Shown here in pieces: positions 20,201 through 29,342 of a stretch of DNA of 64,000 bases; positions within the stretch are counted from its first letter, which is position 1, and every line of letters begins with the position of its first letter. This DNA comes from a virus. The notes under the pieces were generated by a model. The model worked only from the letters and a program-made list of their open reading frames with translations. It did not search any database and was not told where the DNA came from. Both the position numbers and the translations under genes were made by a program. Location of the stretch: positions 12,087-76,086 of the IMG/VR virus record IMGVR_UViG_3300005264_000002, one strand, 5' to 3'.

Positions 20201-21406
20201 AGCGTTCGTCAAGCTGCGATTCTTGAAGCAAATAATGTTGAGTTAGAAGCTTTTAGAAGCGGTCTTCAAGCACAAAGTGACTTAGCAATCAATATGGAGA
20301 CTCAAAAGGCCTTAGAATTGGCAAATATTAGAGCTGGAGCTTTAGCTGGAACTCCTGCAGGAGCAGGGGCCAGTGAAGATGTTGAGACATTACAAGCTAA
20401 AGTAAAACAGGAGCAATTGGCCCAATTAAGGGAAAATGATCGAATCTCTGAGCAAGAACATCAGCAAGCATTAACTCAGATTAAAATAAGTCAAATGCAG
20501 GCAAGAACTGAAAGAGAAATTGAGCTGCAAAACAAAAGATCTGAAGCACTAGGATTAACTGAAGCAGGGTTAGAATCTCGTTTAGCTCAAAATGACATAG
20601 TTTTCCAGATGGAAATGGAGCAAATGAGACTCCAGAAAGAAACTATATTTGAAAATGAAGTCCAATTTCAAGAATCAATGAAAGAAATGGAAATTCAGAA
20701 TCAAATAAGCAAATCTGAAACTAGACAGAGATTTATTCAAGAAGAGATTGATCAAAATATTAAGAAAAAAGATAGTTTCGCTGTTTCTTTAGCTCAAATT
20801 CGATTAGCTCAGGCCAAACATGGCCAAGTAATGGGAACATTATTAGGAGTTCAGCAAACAGCAGAATTTAAAGGAGTTCAAGGAGCACTTAGCAATCTAG
20901 CTACTTTAAGAAATTCTAAAGGGAGAAAAGAATTTGAAATTGGAAGAGCTGCTGCTTTGGCAGGAGCCGGTGTAAATATCGCCCAGGGAATAATTGCTTC
21001 ATTAGCTCCTCCTCCAATTGGTGCTGGGCCATTAATGGGGCCAATTTTAGCTGGAACAATTGCCGCTGCTGGTGCTGTTCAGATGGCCCAGATTAGTGCT
21101 CAAAAATATCCTGGTGGACAGGCCGATCAAGGTATGGATTCAATTCCAAAATCATTAAATGGTAAATCTTTTATCTTATCTGCAGGAGAAAGAGTTGTTC
21201 AGCCTGAAGCAAATAAGAAATTAACTTCTTTCTTAGATCAACAAGAGAAATCTGGTGGAGGAGGGAATATTTTCCATATTCATATTGGATCTGTTGATAG
21301 TGATGATAGAGTTGAGCAAGTTGCTCAAAGAGTTAAGAGTATCATTAGAGAAGACTCTGAGAGAGGTGAACCAATTATAAGTGCTAGGGGAGTCGTTAAT
21401 GAGTAA
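17261..21406 (+). CDS. Tail tape measure protein
   Basis: 1381 aa, Ala/Gln-rich helical with hydrophobic segments; C-terminal LSAGERVV motif; follows chaperone. Confidence 0.92.
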   Translation: MAIEREISVNVVGTDENTSKTIQKVSQAIANQLVKATAAANAQFKQMETNTDKTNQVLQQNHKAAQKVSEQNQMIAESLEEIKGKEGIIATITSSMEGLVKTGLGIAGAFAGVVAIDKTFIPLNAIMGSLTNTMIGAQNRAAAMSTMFRQTASKTSILTQKFNQLKSNGIDVMIKGLNVGKTALTNTRAVLQNFTFSAKASGVILAGTSKAFLSASKHTELFEKGLAGTVVRASLAGAAFNMLGINLLRSDSILGKMAGVTLIALAASLAGAVFVVKQLLAAVGGLIQSIGDNLTAATEKQIELFAKAEKNTFAFTQTVTSYAESAEDAAAQTNMWNSFIADTSAATGETTDSLQALVAETVAATEAAHLNEIQMKELINRTIDLSERAHKPAMDTLVALINGMNGAGQSVISLGLHMSESAIQHSKLNAEVKKNFKNLSDSEKAQARFAVLMEQAGKAAGFASNNADLYSKSVKLQENAQKELNAELGRGAAIINGQYRFGLATVTRMMTNFIKPILPAIGFLEALGGRFLQVTGFITKNILIVGFAISTWKAFNILLAKGVAGGVFAQQLPFLNKSILQIVASLGATNANLGSLKGVAQTTFQILKSQSLNAVKSMLGLEATAKLTAKTFSTQLVKGLKAAGKGVLQFGKRLLVLLANPIVIKFALISAAIFLVVKALQKIEERTGIFSKVWEKFSAQFAGSSEMFQPVLDILKKIGDILTTVIGAAVKFVAAALSVFIGNILRTVKGLMLLSNVLSFMLPDAMVASAESLESINKQIDVLNKTAKDFAKEGAADLLGIFVSSAEAADGAIPMVKDWTKELASAAAGVGKMEEKAKKAFEAVKDFTPKINMAQFQKETAQFDTALKGLKKKLEAQKIVLIKAGANEEEIKTVETRISQTTEAIKGLQLRSAKEIRSARLKIVETELTSRKNKIFTVEQEIKQMRLDFANETRSQAIEIETQRILEQRNLATDAAKEGISVRQAAILEANNVELEAFRSGLQAQSDLAINMETQKALELANIRAGALAGTPAGAGASEDVETLQAKVKQEQLAQLRENDRISEQEHQQALTQIKISQMQARTEREIELQNKRSEALGLTEAGLESRLAQNDIVFQMEMEQMRLQKETIFENEVQFQESMKEMEIQNQISKSETRQRFIQEEIDQNIKKKDSFAVSLAQIRLAQAKHGQVMGTLLGVQQTAEFKGVQGALSNLATLRNSKGRKEFEIGRAAALAGAGVNIAQGIIASLAPPPIGAGPLMGPILAGTIAAAGAVQMAQISAQKYPGGQADQGMDSIPKSLNGKSFILSAGERVVQPEANKKLTSFLDQQEKSGGGGNIFHIHIGSVDSDDRVEQVAQRVKSIIREDSERGEPIISARGVVNE

Positions 21407-22211
21407 TACGCAAGGAATAAGCTTTTTATATGAATTTGATTTGGGAAACAAGCATGTTGATGATCCTGCTCAAAATATTTTATCAGTAACCTCTACGGCT
21501 CCAGGTGATTTTGATCCTGCGAACATGACAAGTGAAGCAACAAGAGAAAGATGGCGATCTTCAGGGGTATTGGTAACTCAAGAAATTGTATGGAAAGCAG
21601 AACAAGCATCTAATATTGATACCTTTGCTATCTTAGGACATAATTTTTCTGAGGATGCTGTTATCCAATTACAAGCGAATATTTCTAATAATTTTGCTGC
21701 TCCTCCAGTTACAATAAATATCCCTTGGAGAAAAGAAAATATTGTTTGGTTAAATGAGCTTGGTGGAGAATATGAATATTATAAGATCTCTATTCTTGAT
21801 CCAACAAATCCATGTGGATATATTGAAATTGGAAGAGTTATTGGAGGAAGAGCATTTACCATAACTAATAATGAAGATATTAAAGATGCATTTAATATTG
21901 GCAAAAAAGATATGGCCGATCAAATGAAGACAGAGGGATTTTTTAGACAGTCAAATCAAAGGATAAAGGTTAGAACTTTATCAGCTTCATTTGCAAAATT
22001 AGAAACCAAATTAGGACTATCTAACGAAAATTTCTTAGGACTCAGGGAAATGTTCGATTATGTTGGTGAGACTGTTCCGTTACTAACAATCCTTGATCGA
22101 AATAATCCTGATCTTTTTACTGCTTGGGGACAATTCGATTCGATCCCTTCAGAATCGTTTACAACTAACGAATTTATGACATCTTCTTTTAAATTTAGTG
22201 AAGTTTTCTAA
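21399..22211 (+). CDS. Distal tail-like protein (start revised to ATG 21399)
   Basis: Immediately after tape measure; AILGHNF and YIEIGRV motifs seen in tail-tip proteins; GGGAG SD. Confidence 0.6.
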   Translation: MSNTQGISFLYEFDLGNKHVDDPAQNILSVTSTAPGDFDPANMTSEATRERWRSSGVLVTQEIVWKAEQASNIDTFAILGHNFSEDAVIQLQANISNNFAAPPVTINIPWRKENIVWLNELGGEYEYYKISILDPTNPCGYIEIGRVIGGRAFTITNNEDIKDAFNIGKKDMADQMKTEGFFRQSNQRIKVRTLSASFAKLETKLGLSNENFLGLREMFDYVGETVPLLTILDRNNPDLFTAWGQFDSIPSESFTTNEFMTSSFKFSEVF

Positions 22212-22224
22212 TTGGTGTATATAT
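22212..22224 (+). promoter_or_regulatory. Putative late promoter (TTGGTGTATATAT)
   Basis: 13-nt match to the 5533/13705 motif; intergenic. Confidence 0.6.
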
Positions 22225-22272
22225 TAAATAAGCCAATCAAAACTATCCCAATATTAGAAGAGAGAATATAGT

Positions 22273-24711
22273 ATGTCACAGAACATATTCAAAAATCCAT
22301 TTGTATCATCTCCTCCAACTTTAACAGGAGCATCAGTTGGAAATGGGACATTAACGATAGATCGTTTGACTCATTTCACAATAAACCAAGATTATACTGC
22401 TGTTTGTACAGCGATAACTCCTTTTACTGTTTTTAAAATTATTGGAAGTTTAGATGGATCTGTTGGAGTTGCTGTTGTTGGGACTCAATTCTATGATCAA
22501 GATCTTAAGGTTTTCTTAACTATTAATCAAGGTCCAACTACTTTTCAAATTGGTGATACTTTTGAATTTACTCTTGATCAAGGGACAGATCTAAATAGAG
22601 AAAATATTGATTTATATGATGAATTACCTCAAAAGAATTTTGGGGTAGGTGTTCCAGGCTCAATATCTGGTGATTATAATATCAGATTAAATACTACTGG
22701 AATTGATGCTTTTAGAATTATCCAAGACTTAAAATTCACTTCTAAAATCTCAGGTGCAGAAGGGAATGAAATTTCTATAGAATATCTTGCTGGATCTGTT
22801 TTGAGTCCTGCATCATTAATTATCCAAGATTTAACTTATACTGCTTCACCAGGTGAAGCTGGGAATGGAATATCAATTCTATATACTCAATTCACTCCTG
22901 GAGTTGCGGCCACTAGAGATGTTCAAGATATTAATTGGACAGCAGATAATATTGGGGTAAATGGAAATTATATTTCAATGGTTTATATTGGTGGAGGAAC
23001 TGCTGGTTCTGAAATTGTTAATGTAACAGGGACAGGAACAGGCGGCGATCCATATATAATCACAGTCACTATTGAGGATGGAGTTTCTTCCGCTGATCAA
23101 ATTAGATTGGCCGTTGGACTTCATGGAGTGGCTGGACCGCTAGTTGATGGGATTGCTCTTGGGACAGGATTAGAGCCTCAAAGTATTCAAGCTCAGATCT
23201 TTCTTTTAGGTGGATTAGATCCAATTGGTGACGCTGGAAATGAAGTTGTCAATGTAGTTGCTCTTCAGATTGAAGTTATTTTAGAAAGTGGAGTTTCAAC
23301 TGCTCAAAATGTTTATGATGCTGTTTTTGCCTCTCCTGCTGCTTTAGCATTAGTTACCCCTACAATTTCAGGGACTCCAGCTACAACTCAAACTGCCCCT
23401 GTTGCTGAGGCAAATTTAACAGGTGGAGCAGATGATGTTGGATTACCAGGATCAGAAGTTGTCAATGTATCTGACAAGGCCATTGAGGTCACTTTTAATG
23501 ATGGATTATCTACTGCTGATCAAATTAAAACAGCAATTGAAGGAGATATTGATGCTAATGCCCTGGTTACAGTAACTATTGAAGGTGTTGGGGCCAATTT
23601 CCAAGACTCTCCTGTTGTTAGAACATTTCTTAGATCGGGACAATTGGCCGGGACTTTTGCTTTTAACTCTGAAGAGTTAACCGTTCCTGGTTCTTTTTTT
23701 GAAGGTAATGCCAATATTTTAGCAAACAATCTTAACCTTCAAAATGAATTAAATGTTGAAGGAGAGTCCGAATTTAGAGGAAAAGTTAAATTCGATGATG
23801 CTATTCCAGCAAATAATTCAGGTCCATTAATCGAAAATAATCAAAAAACAATTAATAATCTTATCCAAAATGGAAAAGTTTTTCTTCATACAGTAAATGA
23901 TGAAAAAATGGAGTGGTCAGATCCTGCTGGGACATTAACGCTTTTAGATGACATTAATATTGTATTTTGTGAAACTAATATTGTTAATACAATTCTAGCT
24001 ACTGATGGGCCATTTGTTATTGCTGATGGTGAGCATTTATATGTGACAGTTGATAGAGAGAATAATGTTAATCTTACGACTACAATAGCTTCTACTGTTC
24101 CAAATAGTCCTAATGGAGAAAATATTTTTAGATTAGTTTCTAGGGTAGGTGATTCATTAGTCTGGTTTGATAATACTCTTCAAACTGAAGGCAAGAATAT
24201 TAGAATAGGTGAAGGTGGAGCTGGTGGAGTTGGCTATCAAGAAAAGTTAGGAAATGGCGATGGAGCAGTTACAGCTTTTGGCCCTTTAACTTTTATTCCA
24301 TCTTCTGAAAAATCCATTCTTGTTTTTTCAAATGTTATTAATTTTGTAACAACTGATTGGACATATAATGTAGTCCAAAATCAAATTGACTTTATAACAC
24401 CACCTCCTTTGGGAGCAGAAATTTATGTCTTTTATTTAACAGAAGGTGAAACTTTATCAGTTCCTACTCCAAGTGGAGTAGAACGTGTTGAATATAGAGA
24501 TATAACTTTAGCTGAAGAAACTGCCAAACAATTGACATTAGCAAATCTTCCTGCTGAACCAACTAAAGTTAAATTAGATATTATTGGTGGATCAGCTCAA
24601 AGATATACGGTTGATTTTATTGTTACAGGAAGCATTTTGTCATGGAGTGGTTTAAGACTTGATGGAGTCTTAGTTGAAAATAGTGAAGTAAGGATAAATT
24701 ATTATTCTTAA
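22273..24711 (+). CDS. Modular virion fibre/appendage protein with three self-nested copies of the shared module
   Basis: Three N-halves followed by three C-halves (22702-23643); two small C-terminal beta domains. Confidence 0.75.
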   Translation: MSQNIFKNPFVSSPPTLTGASVGNGTLTIDRLTHFTINQDYTAVCTAITPFTVFKIIGSLDGSVGVAVVGTQFYDQDLKVFLTINQGPTTFQIGDTFEFTLDQGTDLNRENIDLYDELPQKNFGVGVPGSISGDYNIRLNTTGIDAFRIIQDLKFTSKISGAEGNEISIEYLAGSVLSPASLIIQDLTYTASPGEAGNGISILYTQFTPGVAATRDVQDINWTADNIGVNGNYISMVYIGGGTAGSEIVNVTGTGTGGDPYIITVTIEDGVSSADQIRLAVGLHGVAGPLVDGIALGTGLEPQSIQAQIFLLGGLDPIGDAGNEVVNVVALQIEVILESGVSTAQNVYDAVFASPAALALVTPTISGTPATTQTAPVAEANLTGGADDVGLPGSEVVNVSDKAIEVTFNDGLSTADQIKTAIEGDIDANALVTVTIEGVGANFQDSPVVRTFLRSGQLAGTFAFNSEELTVPGSFFEGNANILANNLNLQNELNVEGESEFRGKVKFDDAIPANNSGPLIENNQKTINNLIQNGKVFLHTVNDEKMEWSDPAGTLTLLDDINIVFCETNIVNTILATDGPFVIADGEHLYVTVDRENNVNLTTTIASTVPNSPNGENIFRLVSRVGDSLVWFDNTLQTEGKNIRIGEGGAGGVGYQEKLGNGDGAVTAFGPLTFIPSSEKSILVFSNVINFVTTDWTYNVVQNQIDFITPPPLGAEIYVFYLTEGETLSVPTPSGVERVEYRDITLAEETAKQLTLANLPAEPTKVKLDIIGGSAQRYTVDFIVTGSILSWSGLRLDGVLVENSEVRINYYS

Positions 24712-24745
24712 TATTGTAAGTATAATCTAAAAGGAGATTATAGAA

Positions 24746-25804
24746 ATGGCCAAAATATTAAAAGAGTGGATTGCTGATGATGCTGTCGATGGAACTAAAT
24801 TTAAACTATTAAATGATCAGAGCCTTAAAGCAAGGAATAATACTGATACTGATGATGTAAATCTATTTAAATTAAATACATCTAATGAATTAGAATTAGC
24901 TTTACAGCCAAAATTTGCTTCAGATCCTACAGTAGATAATGATTTAGCAAGAAAAAAATATGTTGATGATGGTCTTGACCTCAAAGAGACAGCATCAAAT
25001 AAAGGTGCAGCTAATGGATATTGTTCTCTTGATGCAAATTCATTAGTCCCTCTTACAAATATTCCTCCAGCAGCTCTAGAGAGATTAGCAGTTGTTGCTG
25101 ATGAAGCTGCTAGGTTCGCTTTGACAACCGCAACAGTTCAAAATGGAGATACTGTTAAACAAACAGATACTGGATTAATGTATTTTATTAAAGATGATAC
25201 AAATCTAGATAATGCTTCAGGATATGAAGTATATACAGCAGGAGCAGCTTCTTCTGTTGCTTGGTCTGGAGTAACTGGAACGCCAACAACTGTTGCTGGT
25301 TATGGGATTACAGACGTTGATGATGTTGCGAAAGCTGCAGCCGTTGCTGATTCAATTACTGAGGATGTTACTGATGTTGCACCTTCTCAAAATGCTGTTT
25401 TTGATGCGTTAGCTCTTCAGGCCAAAATTGCGGATTTAGCTTCTACTGATAATGGTAAAGGAGCCTCTACTGTTGGTGTTGAAGATTCTGGAGCAAAGTT
25501 TACTGCTACTGATGTTGAGGGAGTTTTAGCAGAACTTCAAGATAATATTGATGGGGCCGTCGGCTCAACTAATGGCAATGAAGTTAAAACATTATCTGCT
25601 GGTGATATTTCTAACGGATATGTTGATTTAGCTCAAGAAGCAATTGCTGCTTCTGTTATGGTTCAACCTGTTGGTGGGATTATGCAAGAGCCAGGAGTTG
25701 ATTTTACTCTATCAGTTGTATCAACAAAAACTAGAGTAACTTTTGCTGGTGATTTATTAGAGCTAGTTGAGAATAATAAAGTAATTTTTTATTACGAATA
25801 TTAA
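24746..25804 (+). CDS. Fibre-like virion protein
   Basis: DLARKKYVD, KGAANGYCSLD, FTATDVEGVLAEL fibre-type motifs; C-terminal small beta domain. Confidence 0.7.
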   Translation: MAKILKEWIADDAVDGTKFKLLNDQSLKARNNTDTDDVNLFKLNTSNELELALQPKFASDPTVDNDLARKKYVDDGLDLKETASNKGAANGYCSLDANSLVPLTNIPPAALERLAVVADEAARFALTTATVQNGDTVKQTDTGLMYFIKDDTNLDNASGYEVYTAGAASSVAWSGVTGTPTTVAGYGITDVDDVAKAAAVADSITEDVTDVAPSQNAVFDALALQAKIADLASTDNGKGASTVGVEDSGAKFTATDVEGVLAELQDNIDGAVGSTNGNEVKTLSAGDISNGYVDLAQEAIAASVMVQPVGGIMQEPGVDFTLSVVSTKTRVTFAGDLLELVENNKVIFYYEY

Positions 25805-25816
25805 TAAGAGTTTTAT

Positions 25817-26062
25817 ATGAAACTGAATGGTTTATTTATTGATCCTGATATCTTTAAAATAAACACCGCTGATGGTGATGGGGTAACGGTTATTTACACT
25901 TTAACCAATACCCCTATTGGCGTTGGAGCTTTATGGGTATATGTAGATGGGATTAAAAGAACTTGGACACAAGATTATACCATCTCAGGTAAGGATGTAA
26001 CTTTTGTTACTGCTCCAGCTTTAGGGCAAAAAATTGAATTTAATTATATAAAGAAGGATTAA
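25817..26062 (+). CDS. Stand-alone small beta-domain virion protein
   Basis: GDGVT..YTL...VYVDGI....DYTISG..VTFVTAP..G.KI..Y, similar to domains at the ends of the two preceding genes. Confidence 0.7.
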   Translation: MKLNGLFIDPDIFKINTADGDGVTVIYTLTNTPIGVGALWVYVDGIKRTWTQDYTISGKDVTFVTAPALGQKIEFNYIKKD

Positions 26063-26065
26063 GAC

Positions 26066-28207
26066 GTGGCCGGGAAACTTCAAAATCAAGATCATAAAAG
26101 TGAAGCTGAATTAATAGCTCTTGGTGCTACTAAGACATCTTTATTAAATACCGATAAAATATATTCTCCAAAAAACGCAGATGTTTTGGAGACTGTAATT
26201 CGTAAGAATAATTATTTGGCCATTGTTGATCCTACTGTTGATAACGATATTGATGAGAATTATGAGGTTGGATCGAAATGGGTCAATACTGTTTCTGGAA
26301 AGATTTTTACTTGTGTTGATAATGCTGATGGAGCTGCTGTTTGGTCAGAAGGTGGATCTGGTGGTGGTGGAAGTTTAGATATATTCTATTCTGAGGACTT
26401 TGAAGGTTCTGTTGATGCCTCTAGCTTTACTAAAGGAAATAATTCTACCTTTTTAGGCGGTGGAGTTTTTGATGGGGATTTAGAAGATGAAGAAACTTCT
26501 CCTTTATCGAAAACGAAATCATTGAAATATACGATGGGATCAAGTTCTACAGGTGACTATTGGGCCTCTCCTGTAATTGATATTGATGAAAAACAAACAA
26601 ATAATGAAACTGGTTGGCACTTATATTTTACTTCAAATATTACTGATGGAGATATAAAATTTGTAGTTTATGATGTAACTAATAGTAAAATCTTAAGCTC
26701 AACCTTAGATATATTTAAAACAAGATCTGGAGCAACTAGATTCTCATTGAAAGCTTATATTCCAGATGGAGTTACTCAAATTCGTTGGGGTTGTCATGTT
26801 GTCACTGGAAATAGTGGAAAAGTTCTTTTAATTGATGATGTTGAAGGGACAATGAATCCTTTTATTTATAAAGATTTAATTAATACTCAAACTCTTTGGT
26901 TAGATACTCGGGCAGGAGATGGATCTGCGACATCTAGAGTCCCTTATTATACAAATATTAGAGAGGAATCTGGTGGTGGACTATATACATTTGTCAATAA
27001 TTCAACAGATGGTTTTATTTTAACTGCAATTAAAGATATCCCATTTTTTTCTATTTCAGCAAACTTTAAAACAACAACTGCAGGACAAGCTGGTTGGATT
27101 TCTAGAGATGGAAACCCTGCTTCTGCATCTCAAACAGATGATAAAATAGCTGCTTATTCTAATAATAATTCATCTAACACAACATTAACTCATACATATA
27201 ATGGGAAATTAAATGCTGGAGAAACTATCTTTATTCAATATACTGGAACTGCTTCTAGTAACAATAACTGGAATATTTCTGTTTCAGCAGTAGCTGAAAC
27301 TGCATCGGTTATTTCTTCTTCTATAGGAGCATCTCAATATATCACACATGATGGAGCGTTTAACTCTCTAATAAATAATGCAGGAGAGATTGAATTTAAC
27401 ACTTCTAACTTATCTTATATTGGGGATGATATCCTTACAATTGAGGATGATTCTGGGAACACTCGAACAAAATTTATAAATAATAATGGGTATAAAGTAA
27501 TTGTAAACGTAGATTTATCCGGTGTTACATTTAATAACAACCAAAACCCTGTTACTTTTTATATAAACGGATCTGAAATATCCAGAGGATCTGCTGTAAA
27601 TTCGGGTACGTATAATAAAAGTCACTCTGCTACTCTAATTCTTGAAACTGGTGATTATCTAACGGTAGGTACTACTGGAACTACGGTTTCTACCTCCGAC
27701 GCATTATTTCTTAATTTAACGGCCCAAGCTGACAAAGCTACTCCAATTATAGCTCCTCTGACTAGAACTTGCTATATTAAGGATGTGAAGTCTTCTGGAA
27801 CAAATGGCGGAACTTTTACTGCAGGAGCATGGCAAACAAGAGATTTCAATGACCTTTCAGGCGATACTAGTTTTATTACATTAGATTCAAATCAGATTAC
27901 TATATATCCTGGAAAATATCTTATTAGAGGATCTGCACCAGCGCACCAAACATCTAGGCATAAGGCAAAATTGAGAAATATCACAGATAGTACAGATGAT
28001 ATAATAGGATCTACTGAGTATATTAATCCAACTTACTCTATCCAAACACCTAGTTTTATTTGTGGAATGCTTGAATTAACTGAAAAGAAAGTATTTGAAT
28101 TACAGCATAAAACCGAAACAACCTCAACAACTTTCGGTTTTGGTGTAGCTTCTGGTTTTACGGTAGATGAGATTTATGCTCAATTAGCAATAACAAAATT
28201 ACTATAA
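26066..28207 (+). CDS. Tail fibre / receptor-binding protein
   Basis: DPTVDND...YEVGSKWVN...AAVW anchor, Gly hinge, several beta-sandwich segments, C-terminal GGTFTAGAWQTRD domain. Confidence 0.75.
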   Translation: MAGKLQNQDHKSEAELIALGATKTSLLNTDKIYSPKNADVLETVIRKNNYLAIVDPTVDNDIDENYEVGSKWVNTVSGKIFTCVDNADGAAVWSEGGSGGGGSLDIFYSEDFEGSVDASSFTKGNNSTFLGGGVFDGDLEDEETSPLSKTKSLKYTMGSSSTGDYWASPVIDIDEKQTNNETGWHLYFTSNITDGDIKFVVYDVTNSKILSSTLDIFKTRSGATRFSLKAYIPDGVTQIRWGCHVVTGNSGKVLLIDDVEGTMNPFIYKDLINTQTLWLDTRAGDGSATSRVPYYTNIREESGGGLYTFVNNSTDGFILTAIKDIPFFSISANFKTTTAGQAGWISRDGNPASASQTDDKIAAYSNNNSSNTTLTHTYNGKLNAGETIFIQYTGTASSNNNWNISVSAVAETASVISSSIGASQYITHDGAFNSLINNAGEIEFNTSNLSYIGDDILTIEDDSGNTRTKFINNNGYKVIVNVDLSGVTFNNNQNPVTFYINGSEISRGSAVNSGTYNKSHSATLILETGDYLTVGTTGTTVSTSDALFLNLTAQADKATPIIAPLTRTCYIKDVKSSGTNGGTFTAGAWQTRDFNDLSGDTSFITLDSNQITIYPGKYLIRGSAPAHQTSRHKAKLRNITDSTDDIIGSTEYINPTYSIQTPSFICGMLELTEKKVFELQHKTETTSTTFGFGVASGFTVDEIYAQLAITKLL

Positions 28208-28217
28208 AGGAAATATA

Positions 28218-28979
28218 ATGAGCCATTACGATAATGAACGAAATAATGAAATAGCTGCAATTAATGAATTATTAATTGATGATTGTTTCTTTTCATTGCT
28301 TGATAGATTAGTTGATTTTTCAAATATTCCCCAAAATGAAGCTCCTTATCTTTTAAGTGAAGATGAAGAGCTATCTTATTATGAAAGAATAACTCTTCAT
28401 GAATCTTTAACTTTACCTAGTTCTGATGATTTTGATGCTGAATTTATAATTTATAAGAATGAATTAATTCAAGAAATCAATAATCGTTATGATGAATTAG
28501 AACGAATTTATAGTATTACTGAAAGATATAATGCTATTGAAGATATTAGGGGAGCTATTAATGAAGCTGGTTTAGATGAATCTATTCCAAATGTTAAAAT
28601 AGAATTAAAAAGAATTATTAAAGAAAATGATATAACACAATTAGAATTACTTGAAAATTCAGGAGCAGCTTTTATAGGTAAAGAAGCAATTAAAGCTCAA
28701 AAAATAGTAAGAAAAGAAAAAGGTAAAAAAGCAAGAATGCTTTGCACTGACATATTAGATTTAATGGCCGGTTTTAATTTAGAAAGAGAGCTTACTTCTG
28801 AACAAATTAACGAACTAAAAACTACTTTCGCAGCAATAAACGGATACTTAATGAGTAATCAACCTTGGGCCGCAAAAGTTCTTATTGATGCCATTGAACC
28901 AGATGATGTCTTAGTTACTGCTGAGATTAAGCAAGCTATATTGAATGAATTTACTGAATCTGGATTACCAGGATTTTAA
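28218..28979 (+). CDS. Hypothetical helical protein (possible fibre chaperone)
   Basis: Directly follows the fibre gene; SD present. Confidence 0.5.
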   Translation: MSHYDNERNNEIAAINELLIDDCFFSLLDRLVDFSNIPQNEAPYLLSEDEELSYYERITLHESLTLPSSDDFDAEFIIYKNELIQEINNRYDELERIYSITERYNAIEDIRGAINEAGLDESIPNVKIELKRIIKENDITQLELLENSGAAFIGKEAIKAQKIVRKEKGKKARMLCTDILDLMAGFNLERELTSEQINELKTTFAAINGYLMSNQPWAAKVLIDAIEPDDVLVTAEIKQAILNEFTESGLPGF

Positions 28980-29003
28980 TTGATAAAACTATAGGATATA
29001 AAG

Positions 29004-29342
29004 ATGGAGAAGCAGGCCTTTCAATTGTTGATGAACAAACTCCAGGGAATTGATCGCAGATTAGAAGAGGGAGATAAAAAATTCCATGAATTCCATCTTA
29101 CTCTTCAGGAAAATACAAAAGAATTAGCTGAACATGTTAAAGGATCAATTGCGACGAACAAAAGATTAGAGATTGTAGAAAATAAAATGCCAAATATTGA
29201 AAAGCATGTTTCATTTATGCAAAAATTTGGCAAAATAATTGGCCCATCTAAAAGAAAAATCGCAGGGGTATTAGCAGCAATCTCTTTATTTTTTGGAATC
29301 GTTAAAGTTATCGATTATTTAAAAATGAAGAATATATTATGA
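29004..29342 (+). CDS. Coiled-coil protein with one C-terminal TM helix (holin/XhlA-like architecture)
   Basis: Heptads followed by IAGVLAAISLFFGIVKVI. Confidence 0.5.
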   Translation: MEKQAFQLLMNKLQGIDRRLEEGDKKFHEFHLTLQENTKELAEHVKGSIATNKRLEIVENKMPNIEKHVSFMQKFGKIIGPSKRKIAGVLAAISLFFGIVKVIDYLKMKNIL

